From NCBI GenBank assembly GCA_964035545.1, contig OZ037768.1, forward strand, positions 13,091,675 through 13,155,674: DNA of 64,000 bases, in the 5' to 3' direction. A model generated the notes under the pieces. It did not search any database. It was given only the letters and a program-made list of their open reading frames with translations, and had not been told where the DNA came from. Both the position numbers and the translations under genes were made by a program. This stretch comes from Bugula neritina. Its lineage: Eukaryota; Animalia; Bryozoa. The stretch's first letter is position 1; every line of letters starts with the position of its first letter. This document shows, one piece after another, positions 25,277 through 38,800 of the stretch.

Positions 25277-27677
25277 ATGGCGTTGTTGGAGAGAGTGACA
25301 CAGATGGGTAAAGATCTTGGACTGGTGAATGACAAGCTCGTAGCTTTTGTTGAAAAGAACCTACCCATTGTTGCTGCACAAGAAGAAAAAGAAAAGGACC
25401 GAGAGGAAAAAGAAAAGGACCGAGAGGAGCGTAGATTAGAGCGTGAGGCAGAAAAGATTAGGCAAGAAAATGAGAAAGCCTTAATGGAGATGAAGATAAA
25501 AGCTGATCAGGAGGCAATGGCACTCAAGGTTAAAGCTGACCAGGAGGCAGAAGAGAGAAGACAACAACATGAATTAGATATGGAAAAGCTGAAAGCTAAC
25601 ACAAGTTTGGAGCACTCAAGACATGACAGCACCAGGTTAGAAATAGCTAACAAACCAAAACCAAAAATACCATTCTTTGATGAGAAGGTGGACGAAATGG
25701 ATAGCTATTTAGAGCGGTTCGAGTGGGTTGCCGAAGGATGTAACTGGGACAAGGGAGATTGGCCCTACCATCTCAGTCAGTACCTAAGGGGTACAGCAAC
25801 AGAAGCTTACATCCGGTTGTCACCTACTGATCGCAGAGATTATAAAAAAGTCAAAGAAGCCTTGTTGGAGCGCTTTAACTTGACTCAAGAGGGCTACAGA
25901 AAAAAACTCAGAGAGGCAGAAGCTTACGAGGATGAAACTCCTGCCCAACTGTTCACTAGGATAAAAAGTTATGTGCACAAGTGGGTGGAGCTTTCAGGGG
26001 GCATGGACATAGCCAAACTAGTGGCGACTGAACAATTTATATCATCATGCCCAGACGACCTAGCTGTGCATTTAAAGCAAAGTTCCTACAACAGCAGTGA
26101 GGATATGTGTGATGCAGCGTTGCTGTTCTTGCACGCTCGTGGAAGGAAATTAGCAAAGACAAAGAAAACTAATACAAAAAGGATGGAAAACACACCTGCC
26201 GGTAGCATGAATGCTGAACAAGGAAGTAAAAGCGATGGGGCATGCTTCATCTGCAAAGATAAGTCACACATTGTTCGTAACTGCCCACGGCGAGGGAAGA
26301 AGTACTGTTCACATTGCAAGATGAACAACCACAATACTTCAGACTGCAGAAAGTATGGTGGGAGGTCAGTGCATGCTGCTGCTGCAATAGCGACTACTCA
26401 GAATAAGACTGTGGTCACAGATCCAGGAATCTCATCTAAAGTGGAAGAACCTACGGAAATCACAGTTAATGGTAAAAAGTTTGTCAACGCTGCTGTCTGC
26501 AAGAATGGACCTAAATTCAAAGATGGGGGCACAGCGATATTTGAAGCGGAAGTTAATGGCCAACGAGCTACTGTGATGCGCGACACCGGCTGTGGTTGCA
26601 TTGTAGTCAATGCAAAGTATGTGCAACCTCAACACTTAACTGGAGAATCAGTTTATCTGAAAATGGCTGATGCAAGTGTTAGGGAGGCTCAGTGGGCACT
26701 TATCTCAGTGCGCTCACCATTTTACAATGGTGTCGTCAAAGCTGCAGTAATGGACAAGACGATTTGTGATCTGCTTATTGGGAATGTGGATGGAGCGAGA
26801 TCAGCTGATCAGCCGCTGGAAAACTGGAAGGACTGCGCCGTAACCACGAGAGCTCAAGCTATCAAGGAAAAGTCAGGAGACAAACCACTGATGATTGATT
26901 CACATGCTAACCCATTAAGTATAGGGAAAGATGAGATAGCCAGACTGCAGAGGGATGACCCCACATTGGAACGTTTCTTTGATGCAAAAGAAGTGAAGGA
27001 GAAAAAGGGATGCACCACTAGGTTTGTGGTGAAGAATAAGATTCTGTACCGTGAGTACACCGACTCGAAGTCTGCCAGTGTAAAACCTGTTAAACAACTC
27101 ATGGTACCCAGTTCACTGAGGAAGGAAGTTCTACAGAAAGCTCATGACTGCATAATGAGCGGACACCTAGGAGTAAAGAAAACCACTGATAGAGTGCTTT
27201 CCAACTTCTTCTGGCCAGGACTAAATGGAGATGTCGTACGTTTCTGTCAATCATGTGACATTTGCCAGAAGACGGTAAAAAAAGGCTCAGTCATGAAAGT
27301 TCCAGTACAGGAAACTCCACTAATTGACACCCCATTCAAGAGATGTGCAATAGACCTAATCGGACCAATTAACTCTCCAAGTGAGAAAGGACACCGCTAC
27401 ATCCTAACTTTAGTTGACTATGCTACAAGATATCCTGAAGCTACACGATTGAAGAACATTGACTCAGCTACTGTAGCTGAAGCGCTGCTTGACATGTACA
27501 GTCGTGTTGGGATACCAGAGGAGGTGATAAGCGACCAAGGAACTCAATTCATCTCGGACTACATGAAAGAGTTTACTAGATTACTTGACATGCGACAACT
27601 TCCTACCTCACCATACCATGCAATGGCCAATGGACTTGTGGAAAAGTTCAACGGAACCCTCAAGAGTATGTTAAAAA
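25277..27677 (+). CDS. Gmr1-like gag (SCAN-related capsid, 2 CCHC), protease (RDTGC), integrase N-terminus and core
   Basis: ORF 25277-27892; homology shifts frame at the A-run 27673-27677. Confidence 0.93.
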
Positions 27678-27678
27678 G

Positions 27679-29724
27679 TTGTGTGCTAAAGAGCCAAGAC
27701 AGTGGCATCGGTTCATCAATGCGGCTCTATTTGCATATAGAGAAGTCCCACAGGAATCAACAGGCTTCGCCCTATTCGAGTTACTCTATGGAAGAACTGT
27801 ACGTGGACCAATGTACATCCTGCGACAACTTTGGACAAAAGAAGACACTGCCGATGAAGTCAAGACCTGCTATCAACATGTTTTTGAATTGAGAGAGCGT
27901 TTAGATGACATGATGGAAATGGCACTAGCTTCGCTAAAAGACAGTCAAAAAAGATACAAACACTATTTTGACAAGAAGGCTAAACAGAGAGACTTCAGAC
28001 CTGGTGACAAAGTGCTCATTCTTCTACCTACGGATGGAAATAAATTGCTGATGCATTGGCAAGGACCATTCAATATTGAGGAGAAAGTCAGACTGAATGA
28101 CTACATTATCAACATTAGAGGCAAGAGGAGAACATACCATGCCAACATGCTGAAGAAATATTTTGAGCGGGAAGCGCCTACCGACCCTATGACTGTTGGA
28201 GCTGTGATGACTTTAGATGCTGCTGGTACTGGAGTTATTGATCATGATGAGGAAAGAGAAGAAGGCCAAGATGATTTGTTGGACCTGTACGGTAAGAAAC
28301 AGCAGACAGAAACAAGCAAAGATGTCATTCTGGGTGAAGAGCTGGAGAATCAGCAAAGAAGACAGCTGGAGGAGTTACTAAGAAAGTTTGAAGGTATCTT
28401 CAGTGACTTGCCAGGAAATGCAACGGGAATAGAACATTCTATCGAGCTCACGACTGATGAGCCAGTGAAATCCAAACCATATAGATTGCCCTACAGGGTA
28501 AGAGAAACTCTCAAGGCGGACATCGAGGACATGTTGAAGATGGGTGTTATTCGGCCATCTACCTCTCCCTACGCCTCACCAACGGTGATAGTAAAGAAGC
28601 CGGATGGAAGCAGCAGGATTTGTATAGACTATCGCCATCTAAACCGAGTCTCAGTATTCGATCCTGAACCAATGGTGAAAACAGATGACGTTTTCAGAAA
28701 GCTCAGTAAAGATAAATACTTTACCAAACTTGATTTATCTAAGGGATACTGGCAAATACCAGTGAAGAAAGAAGATATTCCTAAAACTGCATTTGTGACA
28801 CCCGATGGACATTATGAATTCATCAAGATGCCATTTGGGATGGTTAACTCTGGAGCGACACTAGTGAGAGGGTTGAGAAAACTTTTTGTAAATCTGAAAG
28901 GAGTGGACAACTACATTGATGACATTCTAGTGCACACAGAAAGTTGGGAAGAACACGTTAAAACGCTAACAGAAGTTTTCAGCCGGCTTGCCACAGCTGG
29001 ACTTACCGTTAGACCAAGTAAATGTAGAGTAGGAGGAACAAACATGGAGTTCATCGGACATAAACTTTACAGGGGTGAAATCAAACCAATGGATGACAAC
29101 ATTGAGAAAATTAGGGCTGCGTCAAGGCCAACCAATAAGACGCAAGTGAGATCGTTCATTGGACTTACTAGTTACTACAGAGAATATATTCCTCATTATT
29201 CAACTATAGCGAGTCCACTAACAGATTTAACAAAGAAGGGAGAACCAAAGAAAGTCAAATGGCAGGAACCACAAGAGAAAGCGTACACCAGCTTAAAAAC
29301 AATGCTGACAAGTGCGCCAATTTTGAAATTACCAGATGTACACAAACCGTTTGTGCTAAGGACTGATGCATCAGATGTTGGGCTAGGGGCAGTGCTGATG
29401 CAGCCTCAGGATGGAAAGCTGTTCCCTGTGAGTTACGCAAGTAGGAAATTACTAGACCGAGAGAGAAAATACTCAGCCATAGAGAAGGAATGCTTAGCTG
29501 TGGTATGGGCGGTCAAGAAATATCTACAATATTTATATGGTGTGGAGTTCGTGCTGCAGACTGATCACCAACCGCTGGTGTACATCAACCAGGCCAAATT
29601 TGAGAACAGCAGAGTGATGAGATGGGCTATGTATTTACAGAACTTCAGAATCAAGGTGGAGTCAATCAAAGGAAAAGACAATGTTGGAGCCGATTATCTA
29701 AGCCGAATTGACTCAGAATTTTAA
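27679..29724 (+). CDS. Gmr1-like integrase C-terminus (WQGPF), RT (YIDD), RNase H (TDAS, ADYLSR)
   Basis: Continues KSMLK(K)LCAKEPRQW in the -1 frame. Confidence 0.95.
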   Translation: MCAKEPRQWHRFINAALFAYREVPQESTGFALFELLYGRTVRGPMYILRQLWTKEDTADEVKTCYQHVFELRERLDDMMEMALASLKDSQKRYKHYFDKKAKQRDFRPGDKVLILLPTDGNKLLMHWQGPFNIEEKVRLNDYIINIRGKRRTYHANMLKKYFEREAPTDPMTVGAVMTLDAAGTGVIDHDEEREEGQDDLLDLYGKKQQTETSKDVILGEELENQQRRQLEELLRKFEGIFSDLPGNATGIEHSIELTTDEPVKSKPYRLPYRVRETLKADIEDMLKMGVIRPSTSPYASPTVIVKKPDGSSRICIDYRHLNRVSVFDPEPMVKTDDVFRKLSKDKYFTKLDLSKGYWQIPVKKEDIPKTAFVTPDGHYEFIKMPFGMVNSGATLVRGLRKLFVNLKGVDNYIDDILVHTESWEEHVKTLTEVFSRLATAGLTVRPSKCRVGGTNMEFIGHKLYRGEIKPMDDNIEKIRAASRPTNKTQVRSFIGLTSYYREYIPHYSTIASPLTDLTKKGEPKKVKWQEPQEKAYTSLKTMLTSAPILKLPDVHKPFVLRTDASDVGLGAVLMQPQDGKLFPVSYASRKLLDRERKYSAIEKECLAVVWAVKKYLQYLYGVEFVLQTDHQPLVYINQAKFENSRVMRWAMYLQNFRIKVESIKGKDNVGADYLSRIDSEF

Positions 29725-29770
29725 GTAGTAAGGAGAAATTATTAAGATAATTTCTCTTAGAATGGGGGGT

Positions 29771-30295
29771 TGTCACAAATTCTGAGTGTACATATACCTA
29801 TAAACTTACTGGGTTTTTCCTAATGATTATACACGAATGTTCATAAATATTCTAGACTGATCAAAGAGATGGATCATTGTTCATTGTTATTGTTTTCATT
29901 AGTCATGTTAACTACTGCCCAGCAATGTAAACAAGGTGTTGCGCAATAATTGCGAAATAACCATGGAAATTCCAATGTTTTGTTTTGTTTTGATTTTCTA
30001 TAAATAGTATTGGCATGTGGGGAATGTTTTCTACTAGAATCTTCTATACTGGAATGCTTGAGAATGTTCTAGAGTGTTTTGTTTACTATAAATACTGAGG
30101 CAGTTGTGTTTACAAATCAGTTCATTTTTACAAATTCATCTGTGCATATCTTACTAGAGAAATAAAGTCTACTTATATCCACAACTCTATTTACTCACAA
30201 CTGGATTAGCAAGCTGTATGCTACTTGTCTATACACTTCTGACTACCAGACTTTTCGAACTCGTCACATGCACTGCTACCAACAGTTTTGTGACA
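29771..30295 (+). repeat. Gmr1-like 3' LTR
   Basis: Direct repeat of 24660-25180. Confidence 0.96.

Positions 30296-31005
<710 letters not shown>

Positions 31006-31076
<71 letters not shown>
31006..31076. repeat. (TA)n microsatellite
   Basis: Direct inspection. Confidence 0.95.
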
Positions 31077-31082
<6 letters not shown>

Positions 31083-31530
31083 ATAAGTATACGAGAAACA
31101 TTGTTGATTTATTACTTTATTAGGCAAAGTAATTATACTGATATTTCAGGTACCACTGTACCCATCTTCAGAGTAGCAATGAATGAAATTCAAAAACTAT
31201 TACATTACATTAGACGTTATGCATGACACAAAGAAGAGAGAGTGGCAGTTATTGTAAGTTATTGAAACTTGGGGAGATAATCTTATTTTATATATTACGC
31301 AGGTCAAAAATTATACTGGTTTTTTTGCATAAAAAATAAATTAGAGTTGACAAAAAAAATAAATATCTAAACATAAAAACAGCAAGAATTAGTGAAACTA
31401 TGTGAGAGTTGAGTAGTGTGGAGCTATTGATATAGTTTTAGTGGTATGGAGTAATTTTGTTTATTGAGTTGCGGTTTTATTTGTTTAATGTAGAGAGCTT
31501 CGGCTACTTTTCGATGGTGGATTCCTTTAA
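31077..31530 (-). mobile_element. Penelope-like element C, 3' fragment
   Basis: KGIHHRKVAEALYIKQIKPQLNKQNYSIPLKLYQ* (EALYI..P.LN motif ending PLE GIY-YIG), followed by a hammerhead. Confidence 0.8.
31136..31175 (-). ncRNA. minimal type I hammerhead ribozyme
   Basis: UACU-CUGAAGA-UGGGUAC-AGUG-GUACCU-GAAA-UA-UC-AGUA. Confidence 0.75.
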
Positions 31531-31657
<127 letters not shown>

Positions 31658-31739
31658 GTGTATAGTTTACCACTAAAGAGAGCTCAATGCAGTGCAGAGC
31701 AGAGTAAATAAAAGTAATGAACGATAAAATCTGATTTAA

Positions 31740-31800
31740 AACACTTTATTACTATTAGTTTCATGTGCATAGAATGTACACAATCTTCAGATAAAATGTT
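31740..31800 (-). ncRNA. minimal type I hammerhead ribozyme (left arm)
   Basis: Mirror image of 31819-31879. Confidence 0.78.
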
Positions 31801-31818
31801 AAGATGTAATTACATCTT

Positions 31819-31879
31819 AACATTTTATCTGAAGATTGTGTACATTCTATGCACATGAAACTAATAGTAATAAAGTGTT
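31819..31879 (+). ncRNA. minimal type I hammerhead ribozyme (right arm)
   Basis: AACAUUUUAU-CUGAAGA-UUGUGUA..UGCACAU-GAAA-CUAAUAG-UA-AUAAAGUGUU. Confidence 0.78.
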
Positions 31880-31912
31880 TTAAATCAGATTTTATCGTTC
31901 ATTACTTTTATT

Positions 31913-31918
<6 letters not shown>

Positions 31919-31974
<56 letters not shown>
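31919..31974. repeat. (TA)n microsatellite
   Basis: Direct inspection. Confidence 0.95.
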
Positions 31975-31976
<2 letters not shown>

Positions 31977-34900
31977 TAGCTATACTTAAAAGGCTTAGAG
32001 AATATTGTTTTATACAAACAAATAAATTTGGGCTTTCTGATTTCTTGTATAGATGGTGTAGTTCTTTCCCAGCGTCTCTGTAATATAAAACCAATAGTTT
32101 TTGTTGCTAACTTTATCTTTGGTCATGAAGTCTTGGTTTACTAAATTCTTGCAGTACCTGCTTTAAAAAAATATCTTATAATGTAATATAGACTGTCTCG
32201 TAACCGCAATAAATCCTGTTTATAAATTAAATAAATAATTAACATAAGCTATTTGGTTAATTTCTTTTCAACAGTTACCCTCTCCTATTCAACACAAGTG
32301 CATGTAGAGTTATCTTCCTCACTGGTTAGGGCAACAGCTATTAGCAATGTACCCAATGAACTGAGATTTTAACGATTATACCGGTCATTGATTTTTTTAC
32401 CTACAGTTAATTTATAATGACTTCAATAATTCTCTCATTTGGACTTTTGCTGCAATGTCAAGGTGAAATAATTTACTACAACAAATAAAATATAAATACT
32501 ACAGTACTTACTTATGGTTATAGTTATATACTTGTGACATAAATACCACTTGGAATAATCATGATTAAGCCTAATCTGATTTGTAGCGAAATAGGTGATT
32601 ACTCATTAGTCATTAGTTAGAATAAAAAATATACCTATACTAATAGTAATAATATAAATTAAATCTTGATAACATTAACTATGTCAATAAGTATAACTAT
32701 AACATTAACTATAAGTATAAGTATATTAATATTATTATTATTATAATATAAATAAATATAAATATAATAATTGTCCTGCTGATAGTGATACTTATTAGTC
32801 ATTATTCATTGTGTTTGAAGTTAAACAAAAACTTTAAAGTTGATCTATTAGTATATTACTATTAGTATTCATCTAAATCCACATCCTAGTTAGATTTACT
32901 TTTAGCGTTACACTTTGACTTAGTCTTGCAGTTGCACTTACAGTTACACTTACTGTTAATATTACTAATACTGTTGGTACATATTGGTATCGATATTCAT
33001 ATTGATATCAAATCTAATTAATATTATTAATAATTATATAATTCAATTATTTAATTTGTATTTACTTTAGACTTGCAGGTACTCCCAGTCTTAGTATAAC
33101 TATAACTATAAGTATAACATTAACCATAAGATAAGTTAAAGTAGAAATAAAAAGCTAATAATATATTCAGTAATTGTAAATGACAATCACAATGACCATG
33201 AGTGTGACTGTGACAATGTTCTAGTATTATACTATTTTTTTATATCAATACCAGTAATGAGTAATCATTATAATTATTATGAATATTATTTTCATAGTGA
33301 TTACTAGTATTACTATTAGTTATACTTATATTATTAGTATTACTCAAGAGAATTAGACTTTTTTTCAGTCAATGTCTTTGCATATGGCTCCTTAGTGCTC
33401 TTTGTCTGGATGGAACATCTATATGCACAAAACTAAACAATGTGCTGGACAAATATAATATTTCAAGTAAAGGTACATTAGACAATAAACAAAGCAGATA
33501 CAAAAGCTGTAAACTTAGGCTCAACAAGCTCAACTAGCCACTCACATGAGTTGCCACCATAACCCCAAACTCTACTCAATATTTAAAACAGTAAGCTCTT
33601 TTTTGAGACCGTATTTGTCTGTTCAGAACAATATGCAACATCCAAAACACTGCCTATAAGAATCTATGTTGAGATCAAATAATAATTTTAGATTAAATAT
33701 ATATTTATTTGAGTAACTTGTGAAATAATTGAACAACCTAGTTTACCATAAGTTGCACATAACTCACTAATCTAGTGGTCTGGCATGATTACTTCAAAGT
33801 ATGCTTAGAAGTTATTGTGTGTGAACATTACTTGAATTTACTTAGCTGCAGTATAACCTCAAAAGGAATGGCAAAGCAATCGATGTTCTAATATTAGCGT
33901 ATAAGTATTTCCTATTAATTCATCGCAACAGTTGCTTGTCATTGTGAATCTTTTATTTTTAAAATAAAATTGAATGAAAACATATTTTGTGGTAGTGAGC
34001 ATTCAGTTAAAGTTACATTGAACTGCAGGATTTTCATTTACATTAATACTATTTACTTCATACTACATAATGGCTGGACTAAACAATATAATATATTTTG
34101 CCTTTACTTTTTTTTATAAATTTTTCTTATTGCATTATAAGTATCAAAGTTAAAGTAACAATTTCCCTCTAAAAATGTTAAAAAAAATTCCTTTATTACC
34201 TTAGAACTTTTTAAATTGTTAAAAGTCTTTAGCTTCACTTGATGAAGCTGGCTAGAATTAAGAAGTTCCAAGCTTTTTAGTGGTACAAAAAGTTGCTAGA
34301 TTTAGCTATAAAAACTTTTTACTAATCCTTTATCCCAATCTCAAAATTATAAGATATACAAATGTGCACGTATATGCATCCAAGTGCATTGGTTGTTGCT
34401 TGTTTTATTTAGGTTTTAAAGCAAATTATTGCTATACCAGAACAAAGTTAAAGTATAAATTGTAAATCTGAATGTTCTATTGCAACATTTTATGCAAAAT
34501 GACTGAATTGGAATTTCTATTTTCTCAATTTGTCGTTTTGCCATTTCAAAAAAATTTGCTTATAACACAAGTTCAAGTGAAGGACGCACTACTGTATGTT
34601 TAATTTGAGCTTGCATTTGTAAATGGGTGTCTGACAGTATACATTTAATGACTGAATTTTGACACATTATCTTTTATTTCTTTAGTCCACTTATTTTTAA
34701 TACATAAATGTAGCGTGATGTTGATAATGTGTTGAAGTAATTGTTTATTAGATCTCCTAGTGTTCATACTTCTTATCCTCATGCTATGAGTATTCCAGAT
34801 GTTTCTTGTAATTGACCTTTTAACAACTTACCACTGCTTAGTTATTGTACATCAATTGACTTTTTAAGACTAGTTTATATTCCTCGCAGTTTTTAGTACT

Positions 34901-35588
34901 TCTGGGATAAATGAGGTTAGCTGGAAATCACTAATTGCTGAAATTGATGATTGTCATATACATATAGCCTACATGTAGTCTGTAAATTAGCTGTTTACTA
35001 CCTGCAGGAGTTATTTCTAATGGCGTAATGTGAGTTGCTCCATCTTGAAAAGAAGCTGGGGGACCCAACTATATTTAATCGCTGAAGTTTTCTGAGGTAA
35101 TGTGAAATATAGCCTCAAAACATATCGATATTGAGTGCTCAAAATATCAAAAGCAGCCACTCATAAGATGCTTTCATGTAGGATACTTATACGGTCACTA
35201 ATCCCTGCTCTTCATATAAATATATGTAGGATACATTTATATCGCGTGTTTCATTATACAGTGCTTATATTACATTGCATATATTATATTTAGAACTTCT
35301 ACCCACATAACCTGCGTAAGCTATAATTAACCTAGCTGTTGGTTTTCTCATTTAGTCAGGTTGTTAACTGATTTAGATATATACAGCCAATGCTGCTGAA
35401 TATCACTTGCAAGTAGGACCAGCTAAATAATATAATTCCTTTGATGCCACCAGGCTGCCATTCTTGGCACACATTATGTGTGTAGGATGAAGTGACCTTT
35501 TATCTTAATTCTATATATATACAACAATTGTAAATTAGGCTGTAGACCCTCCAAAAGGAGACCAATTGTCATTGGTGTGTTATATTGT

Positions 35589-35741
35589 GTCATCAACTTG
35601 TCAGCTGGTGTCATCAGACAACCAGCTGATGTCATCAACCTGTCAGCTGGTGTCATCAGACAACTAGCTGATGTCATCAACCTGTCAGCTGGTGTCATCA
35701 GACAACCAGCTGATGTCATCAACTTATCAGCTGGTGTCATC
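35589..35741. repeat. 21-bp minisatellite with 42-bp higher-order period
   Basis: Alternating GTCATCAACCTGTCAGCTGGT / GTCATCAGACAACCAGCTGAT. Confidence 0.9.
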
Positions 35742-35809
35742 ATACTGTCCGTTTGTGTCTGTAGCCTTATGTTTTTCCTTGTAGTGCTGGAGCTTTTTCA
35801 ATTTTCAAC

Positions 35810-35887
35810 ATGCATGTGAAAGAATATAGAATTCCTCTACCTTTAACTGTGGAGGAATACAGAATAGCTCAGCTCTACATGATACAG
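35810..35887 (+). CDS. rdgB: rdgB exon: first coding, PITP
   Basis: MHVKEYRIPLPLTVEEYRIAQLYMIQ|GT. Confidence 0.95.
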
Positions 35888-38800
35888 GTAATGAAGATGT
35901 TCTACTTAGAAATTGGGTCTAGTTGATGTATTTCAGAACATTTCAAGAATGGCAAACTTTTTTGAGCTGTGCTGCCGATATTTGCATCTCTACCATAGGC
36001 ACTGATATAGTTGGTAAGTTTGTTGCTAAGGGGGCTGACACTGTATTGCTTCTCCTAATTGTATACCATGTGCTGGTACCGACACATTTGATTATTTACT
36101 CTAAATTTTACATTTGTCATTGTTGTTTGTGGCTTTAGTTAGGGATAATTATGAAATTAACTTTAGTGATTTTTTGTACTGTATCTAAATAGTTAATGAC
36201 AGTGGCATTGCTTTTAAAGTTGCAAAATTTATTGCTTAGGTATTACAAATAAGTTTCTGCTTAGCATAAACTAAATCGCAAATACTTCCACTGAATATCT
36301 TAACATGGAGATCTGTTATGATATTTTCAAGGTGGTGTGTTTTATTATTTTTAGTAATATTTTTTCCAACTAAACTTGAGTGTACATTAGAAGCCCAACA
36401 TAGCTAACAAAAGCTTTAGTTGTCTCTACATTGAATATAAATTTTAATTACATCTCATTCTGAAATTGTTGATAGTAATTGTCTCTCTTGCTACTCTCGT
36501 GTTTTGAGCTGCGAACTTTGGTTTATTCTATTCTCATAGTTTTAAATAAGATTTTAAACTTTGAAAGCATTTTTGGGAGAATTAAAACCAAACAGTTACA
36601 CATTTACAGTCTGATAGAGAGTATTCCAATGTCTGTTGCAGAAAAAGAGCCGAGAAGAAAGCTCTGGTGCAGGAAGTGGGGTTGAGATTATCAAGAATGA
36701 GCCGTACAAGGATGGTCCGGGTGGCTGTGGCCAATACACATATAAGATATATCATATAGGCAGTCATTTACCAAGTGAGTAGATCTACTTATAATAGTAT
36801 TATGCTATGCTTGTAATAGTGCATATTATGCTATAGTTACTGTAGTATTATGGTTTTAATTGTAGTTGTACTCTTGTAATGTGTTTATTATGAATAACTA
36901 CATAGCATTGGTTATAATATCCCAGCAAAAGGTGCCATAGCTGATGGCTGTAATACTAATGGTAGTAGTGCTACAGATTTTGTGCTTTAGTTTAGTCATG
37001 GAATGTAATAATAGTACAAAAATGACAGCAATTTTGCCCAGTACAATATGAGTAAGTATGAACTATATTAAAGCAATGGTAGGAAATAATCTGGCTTTGA
37101 TAGCTCTTAGCTGAAATCAGCATGCTGTCTGGATTTCGTCATTGCTACTCTAGTCCTCGTGAGATACTCTACTCTCAGTTTCACTTTCTGCTTTAACTTC
37201 CTGAGCTGGCCTGTGACCCTAGTCAGCATTCTGCTGCTCACTCCTTGTTACTAGTCTAATGAGTTTACTAATAAGGTTAATAAAGTATTACTTGTCACTT
37301 TGCAGAGTAGCAATCAAATTATCCTTAGCTGCTGTTGAAACATTTATTACTTGTATTGGTGCTCGTCACTGGCATTACATCGATTGATACTACATCGAGT
37401 GGATAATTTAATTCTGTGCTTTACATTAGTCGCCACTAAGCATTTGATGGAGGACCTATTGAATGCCAATACTTCTCTGGATTAGACACGTTTTCTATTG
37501 AGCAGTTAAATCCAAATCAATAATGCTGATTAGGATAAACAATTGATGTTTATAAAAACAGTTTAATGTTGGAATTTTTTCAATAGTTTTGTAAAAAATA
37601 TTTATAGAAAATTGTTTTTGGTGTAAAATTGAGTTCTATTTGTTATAGATTATGCTGCATTATTGATTTCTTTAAACTACAGCTAATTGAATGAAGTGCT
37701 ATTAGTTTACTTTTACCGTCTGTTAAAATGAAGCGATTGATTCAATGACTACCATCCATATCTTGTAGCATGTTCTGGTGTTTACAGTTAGTTATACTCG
37801 ATTTGCTGTACCTAATAAAGTGGTTGCCATATTTAGCAATTTTAATTGTAAAATGTAATGAATGTGTAAAGCTGAAACTTTTAATTTTGCTAATACTTGT
37901 GGTTTATTGATTTTTTAGAATGTTCATCAATTGTATGCAATAGCAAGCTAAATGTGCTACAGAAAATCAAAATGACTTCGAATGTAGTTGTTGTGGAGGG
38001 AATTTGTTGGATGTTGTTTATGCATTATCTTGCTTACTAAATAAAATAATAAAAACAACTTACATAGTTACTTGAAAATTAACTCTAGCCCTTTTCTACC
38101 GCTTATCAAAATACTTTTACAATACTCACAGACAATTGATATGTTCAAATAAGGTAATAATAAATCCAAGTTTCTACTGATTTATTGCATTCTATTTCTG
38201 AAATTTATTAAAAAAGGAAACACATTATGAGAATAAATTGTGTTTTTATTGTCATGATGTATTTTATTTTTTGATGAATATCAGAAATAAAATGTAATAA
38301 ATCAGTACAAAATTGGAGTTATTATTACATTATTAGGTTTAGATCAGGTAGATTTTCTCATTCAAGTCATTTTCCTACAGAACTTTTGAAGTTGGGATGA
38401 CTAGTGTTTTCCAATAATAGCGTTTATACTCTCACATGATTGGAAAACAGAGAAAACTGTTTCAGATAATTAAAATTATTTTTGTTATTGAATAATCTGT
38501 AGCCTCTACTGAAACTTCATTTCAATCTCACACTGAATGATTTATAAAATCAGCCGGTTATCTTTTACTGTGCAGAGCTTGTTTTTTAGTCATTCTAAAT
38601 AATATTAAGTTGGTACATTTTAGTAAGACTTGAACTAAGGCAAGCTACTTTGTATGTTGTATTCATTTTAGTATAGTCAAACTTTCAAACGATGCAAGAT
38701 TTAAAATGTATATATTAGTACATGGGTTACCCATGCTATTGTGATTGCACTCGAAATGTATGGTGTTTTCTGTAGACTGGTTTAGAGCAATTTTACCCAA

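Larger units (their letters stand above)
24660..30295 (+). mobile_element. full-length Gmr1-like Ty3/gypsy LTR retrotransposon (gag-PR-IN-RT-RH)
   Basis: LTRs TGTCAC...GTGACA 24660-25180 (521 bp) and 29771-30295 (525 bp; 2 substitutions plus a 4-bp indel), TSD ATATT, tRNA-Pro-like PBS, G-rich PPT. Confidence 0.97.

Noticed and set aside
35474-35819. Repetitive ORFs on both strands, or a CRISPR-like array
   Set aside because: 21/42-bp minisatellite with no unique spacers, in a eukaryotic intron
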